A stretch of 64,000 nucleotides of DNA, taken from Gracilinanus agilis. Taxonomy: Eukaryota. The stretch is taken from positions 87,693,204 to 87,757,203 of the forward strand of contig NC_058134.1 in NCBI RefSeq assembly GCF_016433145.1, in the 5' to 3' direction. Positions 23,356 to 37,075 of this stretch are shown here, piece by piece (within the stretch, counting starts at the first letter, position 1; each line of letters opens with the position of its first letter). Below the pieces are notes generated by a model. It did no database searches. It was not told the origin of the DNA and worked only from the letters and a program-made list of their open reading frames with translations. The translations under genes were made by a program, and so were the position numbers.

Positions 23356-24543
23356 TTTGAGCCTCTATCATTATTAAGGTGGCTAGTGAAATTCCCGATT
23401 TCCACTCCAGAAGCTGTTTGACTTTAATTTTCCCTAGTGAGTCAAAAAAACTGTGTGAAAATTTAATTGCTTCCTTTATGGATAAGCATTAGGGCATATG
23501 AATCCAAAGAGCATATTTTATATTTTATATTTAGTAAGGCAATGAAATAATTGAAATAATTAGTTTCTGTTCAATTGGAGCTTCCCACTGTAAAAGTATA
23601 TGTGTTCCTATCATATCCCCTCCCTGGGTTCCTGGTATCCTTCCTCCAAAAACCTCATCACAGAGAGCAGCACAATTTCCCCTGGGGTGATGGTTGGCAA
23701 TATGGTCCTCAGAGAATGAGGTGTGTGATTTTTACTCCTTTTAAGTTAATGAATTGGGCCAGTGAGTCTACCATTGTAAAGCATCCAACGATATGCTTTG
23801 TGGCTGTATCCCTTTTCCATGCTGTTGGTGAATCCCCTTTTTCTTTTACTACCTCACTATTTTTTTTCTTTTATCATTTCCCTGTGCCTTTCATCTTCTG
23901 TTTCTCTTTTCATCTACTCTTTCCCACCCCTCCTGTGCCCCCCTCTTTCCTCCCTTCATCTCAATGCCATAATGAAAGTCCTCGTTTTAAAAAAATATCC
24001 CCCAGGGAGGCCCAATTAAATATATAAAACATGGTTTGTGTGTGAAGATTGGAGTCTCTGGGCTCATAAAAAGCAGGAATCTACAGGTAGAGAATGAAAA
24101 TTAAGAAGGATTCTCCTTATAGTCTCTCTCAGACTCCATCTTTCTTTGGCAGATTATCTAACTAGTTAGGGGCAATCCTAGGAAACGAACCTTTGGCAAT
24201 CTGCCCTTGTTCCCTCTGCCAGCAGTATAGACAGTTTGTCAAATAATTACATTCTCTGATATTTGTCTCCCCATGCATGGAAAGAATATAGCATTTTCTA
24301 AAGTTTAGTGAGAAACTAAGACTTTTCTCTCTGTCCTCTAGTCTGCCCAGGTAAAAGTGATCCCTTCCTCCTCAAATTGGAGTTTTTCCATCTGAGGTTC
24401 TTTATGTATTCATCATCACCTAACTTGTCTTATATTTATCTGTATAAATGCATTTTCTCTGCTCCTTCCCCTTAAAAACTTCTAGATGAGGGAATGTGTT
24501 CTTGTTCCTTTCTTTAGCCCTAGTACCTAGGAAATCTTAACTC

Positions 24544-24573
24544 GATGATGATGATGATGATGATGATGATGAT
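24544..24573 (+). repeat. (GAT)10 microsatellite
   Basis: Direct reading. Confidence 0.95.
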
Positions 24574-24959
24574 ATCTTTCAGAGCAGCAGAAAAAAAGGC
24601 AGTACTTGAACAGGTAAAATTTCAAAACTTCCAAAATGATCATTTGAATAAGAACTAAAATGTGAGTTGTGTTCTGATGAAAACATCATTTCCTAACCAA
24701 ATTAATTGCTTGTTTAAAAAAGGTGAGATTTTAAACTTAATTTAAAAGCTGCTAGGGGGCAGATTTTGAAAGCACCTCCAAACAGTATAGAAGAGTTACT
24801 TAACAGAAGCATACAAATTATATATTAATTAGGAATCAGTGTAACCTAATCATTAAAGCAAGTCCTCTAAGACCCTCCACCAGGCAACATTACAAAAACC
24901 TAATTCCATTTAATGAATAATAAAGATCATAGATCACTTTCTTATAGGACTTTTAAGGT

Positions 24960-25135
24960 ATAGAAAACATTTGCCTTACAACAACCCTCAGTGCTAGTAT
25001 TAGTATGCCCATATTACACAAGAAAAAACAAAGGCTCAAGATTAGAAGTGGCTTGTTTGAGGTCACACACAAATAAATGGTTGTGGAAAGTGGATTGGAG
25101 CATAAGTTTTCTGCCACCAAATAACTGTTCTTTCT
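24960..25135 (-). mobile_element. MIR-type SINE
   Basis: cttacaacaaccctc...tgcccatattacacaagaaaaaacaaaggctcaag...gaggtcacacac. Confidence 0.6.
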
Positions 25136-27851
25136 GCCCTTCATTTGCTATGTTTGGAAAGGTATAATAAATTTATATTTTTGGAAAAAATTACCTAATT
25201 CAACTTTCACTAATTCAGAGGAGTGGTCTTCTATTAACTCAAGAATGAGATTTTTTACTTTTATTTTCATGGCTTTGAACACAAAACAAACAAAAATGGC
25301 AGTATAGGCATAGAGGATGTGATGATTCTTACTCCTTTTCTGTAGGAAAAAAAATCATGAAGTGTAATTTTAAAGAGGACCTTGTTTTTAGGAAATTACA
25401 TTAGGTTGAGTTTCACGAGGTAGAGCTTAGGAACAGTCCTTCTTATCCATTTACAGCTTTACTCTCCCCACTTAGATTTCCAGGGCATTCTGTCCCCTGA
25501 GTTTGAATGGAGGAATCCTCTCATTGTAGGTAGGGTGATGCCTTTGGAATTTGACAGGTACTTGCCTGAATGGCATCAAGGTGAAAATTTAGCCTTTTTA
25601 TGTCACCCAAGAGTTTCAGGAAACATCAAAGAACAAAGCCTGTTCTGCATACAAAGGTTAGTTTCTCTCTGGAGCATTCTTTCCCTGAGAGATACTGTAG
25701 GCTGGACATTTTTCAAGTGCTCATAATATGCTGAGAGACTTTCTCAGACAAGATGTGCATAGTGACAGAAATGAGAGGAACAAAATGAGCAGAGGAAGGA
25801 GCAGCTCCCAGATAGAGAAAGAGCCAGAGATAGACAGAATTCTTCTTTTCTAGAATTTGGATTTGAAATTGAAATATGTGTCCAGTTTTTGGTCTTGTAG
25901 TTATCTCCTATCTCTATTCACTCTAACGTAAATGGGAAATAATTGGGGCAAGTTGAATAAATTTATTAGAGTCTTGGACTATATCTCTGGGTGTCTTTCT
26001 CTGCTTCTGTCTCTTTTCCTCCTCCTGTGTCGATGCTTTGCAGAGACCTTTTCTGTCTTTATAGATATAGCTCTTGCCTTTGGTACAACTCTTTCTCTTT
26101 TTGTTTCCATTTCTTCTCCTCTCTCTTTGTCTTTGTTTCTGAAAAGGTTTGGTGACAACAGTTTCTTTAGTTATAGGTATTCCCCTTGTCCTAGTACTTA
26201 TGAAAGCACTAGTAGTGGGGACTGGCATGTAGGGAGACTTTAGTTTGCTAAATATTTGCTTGCAGCTATAGGAAGAAATGGAAGGTAGGAGTATGATTAC
26301 AGGCAGGTTATTTTTGTTTGCAGTTTTTTCTCTAATCCAGTCCTGTCACAGTGTAATATTTTAAACAAGACCATGGCCCTCTGAATTCTATTGAGTCGTC
26401 CTCATAAGTGAACAAAGCAAATGGACCATAGGCATAATCATTGGGAAATTTCCATAATCGAAGGGTGCAGAGAAACTTCATAGAAAGCAATGGTCTCAGA
26501 GACAATGACAACAGTTGATTTTATAATGTAGAAAAATAATAGAAAAGAGGTTGGGTATCTGCCACATTTACTACATTGAGGCCATGTTTTCTTTCAGTGG
26601 TTTTTGAGAGATTTTTTTCTATCCCTGTTTCACTAGAGTTTTTTTTCCTGGCCCTTAAAGAACATTCTCTCCTACAATCTAGAATGCTGATATTCCATCT
26701 GTATTTATGAATCCCTCCTGTTTCTCTCACCTCTTAACTAATCCTCCTGAGTTAATTTGTGATGCCCCAGGAATGAGTGAAGTGAGGAAAAGCAGAACCT
26801 GGTCCAATATTAGTTTTCTAAATCTGTCCTGGAGTGGTTTCTCCTCTTTAAACAATTATTTTAAGGTAATTATTAAAAATAAATCAAATTCTTGTTATCA
26901 AAGTCAACCATTTCCCCAGTATTATTATAGCTGCTGGTGGGTGGGTTATGTGAGATGATGAGGTAGCCAGTGATACCTAGGGAGAAACAGAGAACTATTT
27001 ATAGATTATAAGCCAGGAAAAGAATTGCCTTAATCCTCTCTCTAGAAAATAATAAGTTCTGAATTTTAAGTCAGCCCAACAGAAAGAAGAGATAAAAAAT
27101 TATATTATCACAGAGTTCATCAACCCTTTTAAAGGGGCCAGTTTTCTTTGTCACTCTGGTTACTTGCTACCACCATGCTCCCTGCTTCTACTCATTGGAA
27201 GAACAACTACTAATATGGTGGAACTGTCTGTTTGAGTCTTATTTTCTTGTACAGTGGGCTGTCTGTTATACTTACCTTGATCCATGACAAGTCTACTTTT
27301 CTTTGTACGGCATGTTCTTGCTAGAGTTCTTGCCCCAGTTCTTGCATGCAAATATTCATGAGTAATATGTATTGATATGCTTACACTTACCATATGCCTT
27401 TTCCATTGTCCACTGTACTTCCTGCACTTCAGGTTCTGAGAATATATTACTCTGTAATTCTAAATTATTTGTTTTAGAAGTGTAACCCTCCTTCATTTTC
27501 TTGGATGTCATCCTTTTTTTTACCAGTGTTCAAATAAAGATTTTTGGAAAACTATTTAACATGTTATACATGTATGATGGCAGTAACATCATTCCATTGA
27601 ATGGACACAGAGACACTGCACAGAGGTATCTGGGTTGATTTTTATTACCTTCAGATTGGGACCTCTTGGTTTACTTATAAATTATAATCCAAGCCCTAGA
27701 TTTTTTAAAATTCCACTGTAGTTCTAAGTAGTAAATTCATTTGGCATATGCCTGGGAGCTAGGGGGTGGTCACTGGAGAGACATGTCATAAATCAAGTCC
27801 ATGCAGACAACAGAATGTTCTTGATCCCTGGGCCTTAGAAAGGTCTCATGG

Positions 27852-27852
<1 letters not shown>

Positions 27853-27902
<50 letters not shown>

Positions 27903-27903
27903 T
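27853..27903 (+). repeat. (TG)n microsatellite
   Basis: About 25 TG units with one TA interruption. Confidence 0.97.
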
Positions 27904-28034
27904 AAGGGCCTTGCAAACTGACATAGGCAAGAAGAAGTTGTAGTTTTTAATCACTAGAGATATGACCAAGAATACTTACTGAGTGAACGCTCTACAGTTT
28001 GGGCATACTTCATTTTCCTATCAAGTTGGGTGTA

Positions 28035-28740
28035 AGTGCCATATTGTCAAGTTCTGTTGATTGTACCTTCATAGCATCTCTGGTAGATGTCCCCTTTCTA
28101 CCCTGTGACACTGATGCTCTCATCACTTCACATCTAAACTATTTCCATATTCTGATGGTTGACTTTCCTACCTTTCCCCACTTTAGTCTATCCTTTACTC
28201 AGCTGTCAAATTAATCTTCCTAAAGCACAGATGTGTCCATGTCACCCCTGTACCCCCATTCAATAAACTCCATAGGCTGTCTGTTGCCTTCAGGATCACA
28301 TAAAAACCATCTGTTTGATATTCAAAACCCTTAAAAATCTAATCTCCTCTTACCTTTCCAGTCTTCTTACACCTTACCCCTAGTTGCTCTGTGATCCAGT
28401 GATGCCAGCTTGTTTGTTGTTCCCCTCCTTTAATATTCTATCTCCTGGCTCCATGCTGAGATTTCTTTTCTTCCTCATTTCTTCCTTCTGGCTTTCTTCA
28501 AACCCCAGCAATAATCTCACCTTTTACAATAAACTTTTCTTGATCTACCTTAATGTAAGTGCATTCCATCTGCTGCTGATCTCCAGTTTACCTTGTGAAA
28601 TATTTGTACGGTGTATTCCTCATAAACTGTGAAAATCCTTGAAAACTTGCCTGTCTTTTGCCTTTCTTTAAATTCCTGCTATTTAGCACATGGTGTCTGG
28701 TACCCAGTAGAATCCTACTAAGTATTTATTGATTGGTTAG
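28035..28740 (+). mobile_element. L2 LINE 3' region
   Basis: cttcctaaagcacag...catgtcacccc...ttgccttcaggatca...gccttt...tttagcaca...agtatttattgattg. Confidence 0.85.
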
Positions 28741-29505
28741 CAAACTAAATAAATAAAAACAAATGTGTTAAGTGCTATATGCCAGGCAACATGCTAAGTA
28801 TTGGTGATATAAATGCAATAACCCATTACAAAAATGAAATTCATTTTAATCATAGGTTATATAATGGTTTCTAAAGTCTTTGTGCTTTCTTCCTTTCCAA
28901 ATGTAGGGAGTTTATTTTTGATGAAAGGTTTAGGTCAGTAACTGAGCCCCGAGTTGGAAAAAAACTTGTCATTTTATTAGATGTTAGACTCTCTGTAAAT
29001 TTACATTTATGACTTATTTCTAATTAATGTTTGATGCTTTCTTGTTTGAGGTAAACATCAGATTACTGGAAATGTTTTGGGTGATAAAACTTCAGATTAT
29101 ATTGTAATTTCTGTGAATAGACAAGCACAGACAGGAAGAATTAGGAAAAGAATAAACCTTTGCTTGTGACTTCCCTCAGTCTTCAGGGGTGTACTTTTGG
29201 CATCAGTTAAGGTCTTTTCTATGAACATTCTGTAAAGTCGATGACTTTTCTTTATCTTTCTTCTCTACCATATCTTAGTTCTTCTTTTTTAATTCTTCCT
29301 TCTTTTTCTTCAGTGATGATTGATATCAGAAACTGTGCTAGGGATAATGTCAGAAATATTTAAGATGATTCCAATTCTCAGAAAGATTCCTATTTAGTCT
29401 GAAGATATAATCACATGACTATATAAGGTAGTATACTACCTTAACAATGTAAGGCAGTATATGAAATGGAATGAGTTAGGTATAATTTGGAAGTCGTTCT
29501 TATTT

Positions 29506-29954
29506 CAGGCAATTAGTAAACATTTATTAATTTCTTACTATGTGCCAGGCACTATGTTTAATGGAATAAAAAAGTGTCAAAAGATAGTCCCTACCCTCCA
29601 GGAACTCAGTCTAATGAGGGAAACAACAAGCCAACAAATATGCCCAAGCAAGCTATACAAGGATAAAAATGAAATACTTAAGATAGAGAAGGTACTAAAA
29701 TTAAGAGGCCTGAGAAAGACTTCATGTGGAAAATGGGATTTTATTTGGAACTTTAAGAAATACAGAGAAGCCAGCAGGCAGACATGAGAAAGGACAACAT
29801 TATAGATATGAAGAACAACTAGAGAAAATTCTTATAGCTGAAATGTAGTATTTTATTGATGGAATAAGAAAGGAGACCAGTGTCACTGGATCAGTCAAAA
29901 AGAAGAATTGGAAAGGTAGGAATAGTCAAGGTTATGAGGGTTTTCTATGTTAAA
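29506..29954 (-). mobile_element. L2 LINE 3' region
   Basis: aaacatttattaatttcttactatgtgccaggcactatg...tccctaccctccaggaactcagtctaatgaggg. Confidence 0.85.
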
Positions 29955-30134
29955 CAGAGGTCTTAACCCTTTTTATATCTTCCACCCTTTTTAAGTATGG
30001 TTATGATTATGATTTAAGTAGTTGGAGGAAATGCTAAATTTTATTATTAGTGATAATAAAGATATAATTCTCCCCCCCCCATCCAAGTCCACAGACTTGA
30101 AATCTATGTACAAATTCTTGGTTAAGAGTCCTTA
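29955..30134. mobile_element. Old hAT-Charlie-type MITE within L2 sequence
   Basis: TIR-like cagaggtcttaacc ... ggttaagagtcctt; TSD not resolvable. Confidence 0.55.
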
Positions 30135-30139
30135 ATATA

Positions 30140-30460
30140 AAGCTTTATGATTCATAAGATATTATAGGAGTCCAAGTAAAGAAGGAAAGATTGGTCAGAA
30201 AAAATGACCAAAAAGCCCTAGATGTTGAAGGATTAATGCATAAAATTTGAATAGGTAGAGAAAGGAATGGGGAGGATATTCCAGGACATGAGAATAATAT
30301 GAACAAAGGCATGCGACTGAAATGTATAAGTTATATTTGTAGATGAGTAGTTGGAGGAGTGGAAGAATGTGTGTGTGATGGTGGTATTAGAACATACTGC
30401 TGGCAAGGTGGAATTTAGGACTAAGGAGTTTGGACTATTTCCTAATTTGAAGACAATTGG
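30140..30460 (-). mobile_element. L2 LINE fragment
   Basis: ggatattccaggacatg...aacaaaggcatg...gactaaggagtttggact. Confidence 0.55.
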
Positions 30461-31702
30461 GATAAAAGTGGTCTTATATATTTTTGTTATTTTTCAGGAA
30501 ACTTGGGCTCTATTTGGCATAGGGTCAGACATCCCATAGTGTTTGATAGAGATATAATCATTTCATGGAGATGCATGGACTATAGCTTCGGTTTTGTAAT
30601 AATCATTATTGGTTTATCACTTTCCCTATCTCTGGCTACTTGTTGGGAAATTGTTTGCTTGCCAGAACCCCAGAATGTCCCTCATCCAAACTAGAGACTT
30701 CAATAGAACCACTTTTCAAACAGATGATTTTGGATCACTCAGGTTTCCTTCACTCATTGGGGTTGGTACCTAGGGCTGCCCACACACAAAACATGCCAGC
30801 TCTTTGCATTCCTAGGCAAGGTTTAGCTCATCAGGGTGGAGGTTGAGGGTAGGGCAGCCCCTCCAGGCATAGCACATGTGCAGCACCTTGCTGCTCACCC
30901 AAAGAACAAAAATTACTAACAATTACATGCAATTAGCAATTGAAATTATTAATGGTGGTGAAAGAATGTGTCTATTCAACAAGTAATTAGTTGTAATTTT
31001 TAGTAATTGAAAGTAATTTCTAGCAATTAAATCCCAATTTAGTATATTTTATGGGTGTTGCCTTTATTCAGGGGATGCCTCTGATTTTTTTTTTTAAATT
31101 ACTTCATTCAGTAACATTGGCTGGCTGGTTTTTATAAAGGGGCAAAATAGATAACCAAACTTTTAGGAGCACTGGCTTAAATAACAAGGAGGTTAGTCAT
31201 TCCCAATCCATTGGGTTATTTTTCTACTTGGAGGGCTATGAAAGGAATTATGGACCCTTGCCTTCTTAATGCCAAGGCTCTGCAGGAGAGAGCTAACTTT
31301 CCCTGAATTTGTTCACAGTCATTTAAAGAAGGTTGGGCAGTGGGCCTACAGGGAAGAGTTGGCACCCTCATTTCTGCTTCTACTCAGATCTCTTTGGAAC
31401 TTCATCTCTCTAATACCTCCTGTTGGGGCCATTCATTTTGCCACTGCCTGCATGTGGTCTACAGCTGGCATCCACTTGAGTGCTTCTTGCCAATGCACTG
31501 GGCAGTGGAAGGGCTTTCAGAAGCTGTGGCTTTTGGCATGTTGGGTACTGTGGACTCAACTGCATGACTAAATCATAAATGCAGTGAAATAGGATCTGAT
31601 TCTTCCTCATTATGTCTTTCTCCTCATTTCCTATTCTTTTAAAAAAAAATCTCTTTTGCCTTCCAAACTGGAAGCCACACATTTTTAGAGAAAGTGTGTG
31701 TG

Positions 31703-31704
<2 letters not shown>

Positions 31705-31788
<84 letters not shown>
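31705..31788 (+). repeat. (CA)42 microsatellite, one TA interruption
   Basis: Direct reading; explains the VCVC/THTH ORFs in the track. Confidence 0.98.
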
Positions 31789-31790
<2 letters not shown>

Positions 31791-32932
31791 AATATGGGAT
31801 CACTAAGCTCACCATAGGAAGAGGAGGTAGGAAATCTAATAATTGATAGATTTAAATATGAAAAGCAGCTGTATGATTGTCTTTGTCTAAAGGAGGAAGT
31901 GAGAAGATTTTTATCTCTTATGAAGTCTGTCATCTCTTTTGTCAAGTAGTGAATAAATATTCTGCCTAAATTCTTCAGAAATGAAATGACTTCAGTTTAT
32001 CTGGAAATGGGCTTTATTCCCTTTGCAAATTAGCCATTTCAGCTATGCATGACTTCTTTTTACCATTCTGGGCTGTAATTGAAACTTTAGTAGTTGATAC
32101 TGCTTTTACATATTTATTTCCTGTTGAAAATAGTTTAGACCCATAGCCAAAGATAGGGAAGATGAAAACCTGATTTGTGGATATAAACTTTTATGTCTTC
32201 TCCCCAAGAAACTGCTGTGACCAAAGTGATTTCCTGTTCAACAGAAACCTGAGCCATGCGTGTTTCATATTCCCAGCTACCGCTATGTTCAATAAAACAG
32301 AATCTATCACTGGAGCTTAGAGAACCCCCTTTTAAGTTCTTTGAGCCCAGACTGTGGTGAATTTCCCCTGCCAGCCTTCTGTTTATGATAATTAGATCAA
32401 GTAATTCTAATCTGATGCAATAAACTGGCCACATGTGCGAGCAAATTGTTGCCAGTGAGATTTAATATTGTGCACTTTGCAAGTTCTAGTCTTGGTACCT
32501 TTGCTCCTATTTCTCCTGTGGATAAGACTTCTCCTTGCTTTCCTCCTTAACTTCATCTTTCAAGGCTTGCTCAAGGTCTCTACATATATACATATGAGTG
32601 TAGTGGTATATTTAAAAGAGAAGGAAATGATTGGCTAAAATAGTTAGGGAAGGCTTCATGGAATTAACAGACCATGAGCTGATCCTTGAAGGATGGACTC
32701 AAGAATAAATAAACAAATAAACATGAATATGCATGTATTATATACATGTCTACATGTGAGTACTATATATATATTTGTATGTGTATTTAACAAACACATA
32801 TTGTGCTTTGCAAGTCACAAGGTTTTCCCCAGCTATCAGCAAATATTTTGTAATTCTCCTCACCCCATTCTTTTCATCCTTTTTGATGGAGTTCAGCTAG
32901 AACCAATCTAAGGGAGTTAAAAATGACTGTAG

Positions 32933-33111
32933 CATGGGCGTTCTTATCTTTTTGCATGTTATATTCCTCTTTGGCAAACTGGTGAAGCCTTAGGAATCCT
33001 TCTTAGAAAAGAGTTTTATATACATACAACAGAATACATAGAAAATGAATTTTGTTGAAATCTGTTTTTAAAAATATTAACAGAATAGTGACACCAAGTT
33101 AAGAATCCCTG
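32933..33111. mobile_element. Old hAT MITE, Charlie4z-like
   Basis: gttcttatcttttt...tttggcaaactggtgaagcct...ccttcttagaa...ccaagttaagaatccctg resembles the recalled Charlie4z consensus. Confidence 0.65.
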
Positions 33112-34330
33112 CCCTAGGTTAAATCCATGTTTTGCTATGTTTACTTTATATTTAATCTTCTATGGATTATTGCATCAGGGATGAATTTACTGTTTTCTGA
33201 AAATAATTCAAAGTTATTGGGATATAAACTAATTTTCTGTGTATTCCCTGAGAACATCTTTGGGATGGCTCTAGTAGCAGAGGGGTTAATGAAGCTAGTA
33301 TGCACATTCTATTTCCATATAGTTTTTGTTTTCTTTATCTATGTCTATATTTTGAAAGTTTTTCTTTTCAGGTATCTTGAGGATATAGAGTGAACATTTG
33401 GTATGGAGGCATCCATTGAACATCCAAATGAACTAGTTTGCATTTACACAGGAAGTTTAAGGAAGAAGGTTATTCTTAGGGAGAATGCTATCTGTTATTG
33501 GGAAATCTGGAAGAGTTTACACTTGATGAGTTAAACAACACCATGCAGGCATATAGGTGGTTTAATTCTTTCCCCTTACCAAAACTTTAAACTATATTTT
33601 ATAAAACTTCCCTTATCTCTGTGCCATTCCATTGGACAATAGGTTATTTCCATAGATAAAATGCTATAGTTCAGACAGGAGTGGGATCTGCAGACTAACT
33701 GAAGCTAAAGAAATTCTGGTGGTCTATGTCTGTTTCGTGAAAATTTCACAGAAAGGCAGGAGAAGCTACAATAAATTTATTGCATCTCATCTCTTTTATG
33801 TCCTTCTGCCAAACTCTTCTTCATATCAGAACTTAATTACAAGTCACTCTTTGCTAGGGTGCCTACTAAGAGTCCCTTAGAGCCTTGGAGTTCAAAGAGC
33901 ATAAGACAATTCTGACCATATGCTCAAAGGCTCTGTTTTAAAAAGTAACCAAGACCTCCAACCTATAGTTTTTGTGTCTAGTAAATTATGCCAGGAGGAA
34001 GGTCAGAGGCTGCGGAAAAAGCTTGTGTTTTTCTCCTTTCCAAATCATTAGTTATGGGTGATTCTGCATGGATACTCGGAGGCACTAACAGTGAGGCATA
34101 ACCTTTTCCATTTGGGTTTATTTTGTTGTTCTGAACACATGGCAACTGTACCTGCCAACTATCTATCAGGCAAAAATGGTTAGGGAGTGATGTGGTGGAT
34201 ATTGAACAATTTAACGTCCTTTCTTCACTACTTCAGTACAGGGAAAACAAAGGTGAGGTTCTGGACAGTGGAATATCAAATCTATAAGCTGAAAAAAGTG
34301 AATTAACAACTCCTTTCCAAATAGTTTACA

Positions 34331-34740
34331 TATCAATTAATCAATAAGCATTCATCAACTATTTACTATACATTAGATATTGCTTTAAGTGCATGAAATA
34401 GGAGGAAAAAGCAAAAGCAGTCCCTGCCCTCAAGGAACTTACATTTTAATAAGGAGACAAGTATATAAATAAGAACATACAATATACATGCGTAGAAGAT
34501 GGAAAATAAGCTTAATAGGGAAGGCTTTAGTAGCTGGGGGTGAGATATTGGGTAAGGAACTAGTAACAGCTTTCTTCAGGAGGCAGCCCTTGAGTTAAGC
34601 TTAGAGAAAGTTAGATATTGCAAGAATTAATGGTCATGAAGGAAAACATTCCAGACATAGGGGATAGTTAATGCAAAAAAATGATGATAGGAGAGGTAAC
34701 ATTGTATGTGAGGAATATGTGTAGGTCAATATAGATTATG
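34331..34740 (-). mobile_element. L2 LINE 3' region
   Basis: caattaatcaataagcatt...cagtccctgccctcaaggaacttacattttaat...cattccagacatagggg. Confidence 0.8.
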
Positions 34741-35900
34741 AGAGATTGATAAAGAGAAGAGGATGGGTTCAATCAAAATGTGTTGAAGCTGACTTTGGCA
34801 AAGGGTAGGGATATCTCTTCATCTGATACAAGAACAAAGGAGAAGATAGTGGAAGATGAAGTCAGAGGATATGAGAGAAGAGAAGAGGAGGTTTGTAGTA
34901 AATGAATGAGATATGATCCTCAGCTGAGAGAAAAGGAAAGAGATTGCTTTTGGAGGCTTGACGATAGAAGAAATTTGGAACAATAGTTCTGGTGAATGGG
35001 ATAAAGAATTGATTAGGGAAGAGTAGCAAGAGCAGGCAGTAAGAGCCCTATTGAGATGATCTAGCATATATATGCAGTGAATATAGTTGGTTTTGTTTCT
35101 TGCTTTCCTCTAGTTCTGTTCATGGACACATGGGTAGGCATGAAGGAAGAAAATGATGGGAGTATCCAGATTAGTAAAAGGTTTATGGTTGGTAATAGAC
35201 AAGGGCACAGGGCATTCAAGAGTAGAAGATCATATAAATTTGATTTGTTTTGCCAAGAGTTTGAAATTGGGGTGGGGGAAGAAGAATATAGCCAGAACAG
35301 GTATAATAGCCTGCCAAATATTTATTGAATGCCTATTGAATTGAATTGAATATTGAATGCATTCTTTTTTTGAGTCAGCATTCTCTGTATTGGCCTGGAT
35401 CCTGGTAGGCTTCATCTACTGCCTTCCACATTCCTAGGTATGGTAAGTATGAAGAATAGACTTAGAAATGTGAGGCATATAGAGAAATGGAAATATAAAA
35501 TATTATGAATAGTTAAATTTTGAGTTCATTAGTATAGAAATGGAACATTTGTAAGCAATGGCAATGATAATTACTGTGTGCAACTAAGTTGAGATGAAGG
35601 AGGAATTCACAGGAATTGAGGAGCATATATTGTGACAAGGTGGGGTTGGGGTTGAGGTTGAGTTGGGCAGGAATGAGTGAGAGGACAAATAGGGTTAGAG
35701 GAAGGGATTTTGTTCTTTTGCAGTTGAGAGTTCAGTTGTCCAGGAACATCAAGAATAGGAAGAGATGTGCTCATTAACCACTGAGGAAAGCAGAGTAATA
35801 ATGAGATGAAGGCAGGTGCTTAGAAGGTTTAGGGTCAACCTTCTAAGTTTCAATTCACCCATCAAATGCACTCCCTGTCATGTAGCTGGGTCCAGGGGGG
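34741..35900 (-). mobile_element. Probable decayed L2 ORF2-region fragments
   Basis: Purine-rich antisense tracts typical of L2 body (gaggatatgagagaagagaagaggagg; ggaattgaggagca; ccaggaacatcaagaatagg). Confidence 0.45.
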
Positions 35901-36282
35901 ATTCTGGAAACCTTCCTCACAAATCAGGACTTGATTCCTTAGAATACTTTCACTGGATACTATAGAGCTTTGGGTAGAGGGCCATTCTCTCCTTTTATAG
36001 CCTGTCAAACACTTTAAGGGCTGCTTGGGTTTTCAGAATGCCTATGTGTCTTCAGCTTGGAATAATTCCCAGGATTTCTGTCTGCATTTGAAACCTAGCA
36101 AGTATTTATTGAATATCCACTCTGTGCCTATCCTCTTTCTTTGAATGCACTTCCTTTGTCCTGGCCTGGTAAAGGCTCCTAGTAGGGAGGACTAGAACTT
36201 TCTTCAGTAAACTCTTTCAGCCAGTGGAAGATCTTCCCAACAGTTAGCCTTTTCAGAGAATGTAGCAGATGTCCAGGTGAAT

Positions 36283-36289
36283 ATATCTA

Positions 36290-36344
<55 letters not shown>
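36283..36344 (+). repeat. (TATC)n tetranucleotide microsatellite
   Basis: About 15 units. Confidence 0.95.
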
Positions 36345-36527
36345 AAAACACTGTCAACTAGGTTTTTGTGAACCAAGACACTTTGGCTAGAGCCCCAGAA
36401 CCCATGGTTCTTTTTCTTCTAAGCACTTGATGCTGTGTGGTGGCCGAATATTGAGTACTGTCTCTTGTCCTAATTAAAAACTTTGTTTTATGACTACTTT
36501 GGTGACTTTGTTTTTCTAAGTCAGCAA

Positions 36528-36528
36528 T

Positions 36529-36567
<39 letters not shown>
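36528..36567 (+). repeat. (CA)n microsatellite
   Basis: Direct reading. Confidence 0.95.
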
Positions 36568-36570
<3 letters not shown>

Positions 36571-36849
36571 TAGTCAATCTCAGATTAAGAAACTGCTCTT
36601 AATTTCCTCATCATGTTCTATGTAATCACAAATCCTGGGCTGTTTGGAGAAGGCTGAAAAATCCTGTTGACTCCTTCCCCCATTTCTCCTCAGTGAGAAA
36701 TCACAGCCTAGACCATCTCCAGTTCCTATGTACATCCGTAACCACTATATACAATAAAACAAACAGATGGTGAGTGCTTTAGAGAGGTAGAGGAGAAAGT
36801 GCTCTGTGAGATCTAAGAGGGAGATTCATTCAATCATTCAATGAACATT

Positions 36850-37075
36850 TTATAATGATGGTAATAACTCCCCCTTGTAGAGCAGAAGATCCTTACACAT
36901 CTGTGATATCATTTGATCTTCATAATAACCAGGATTCAGCCAAAAGTGTTATTCACATTTTACAAATGAGAAAACAAACTCAGAGAGCACAAGTGATTTG
37001 CTCAAGGTCATCCAGGTGATTAGTGGCTGAGCAAGGACTAGGATCTACATCTTGTAATTCCTGCTCTAATTCTCT
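36850..37075 (-). mobile_element. MIR-type SINE
   Basis: tcatttgatcttcataataacc...cattttacaaatgagaaaacaaactcagagagcacaagtgatttgctcaaggtca. Confidence 0.75.

Noticed and set aside
23575-24027. 150-aa ORF
   Set aside because: Pyrimidine-rich low-complexity composition (F/P/S-rich); no domain or splice support.
30771-30862. TAGGGCTGCC...GGCAGCCCCT as hAT-Tip100-like TIRs
   Set aside because: Only 9/10 match, no 8-bp TSD (ttggtacc vs ccaggcat), and no second copy.
31410-31945. ORFs of 64-125 aa with VCVC/THTH runs (also 16332-16634 and 36358-36564)
   Set aside because: These are translations of (CA)n or (CT)n microsatellites.
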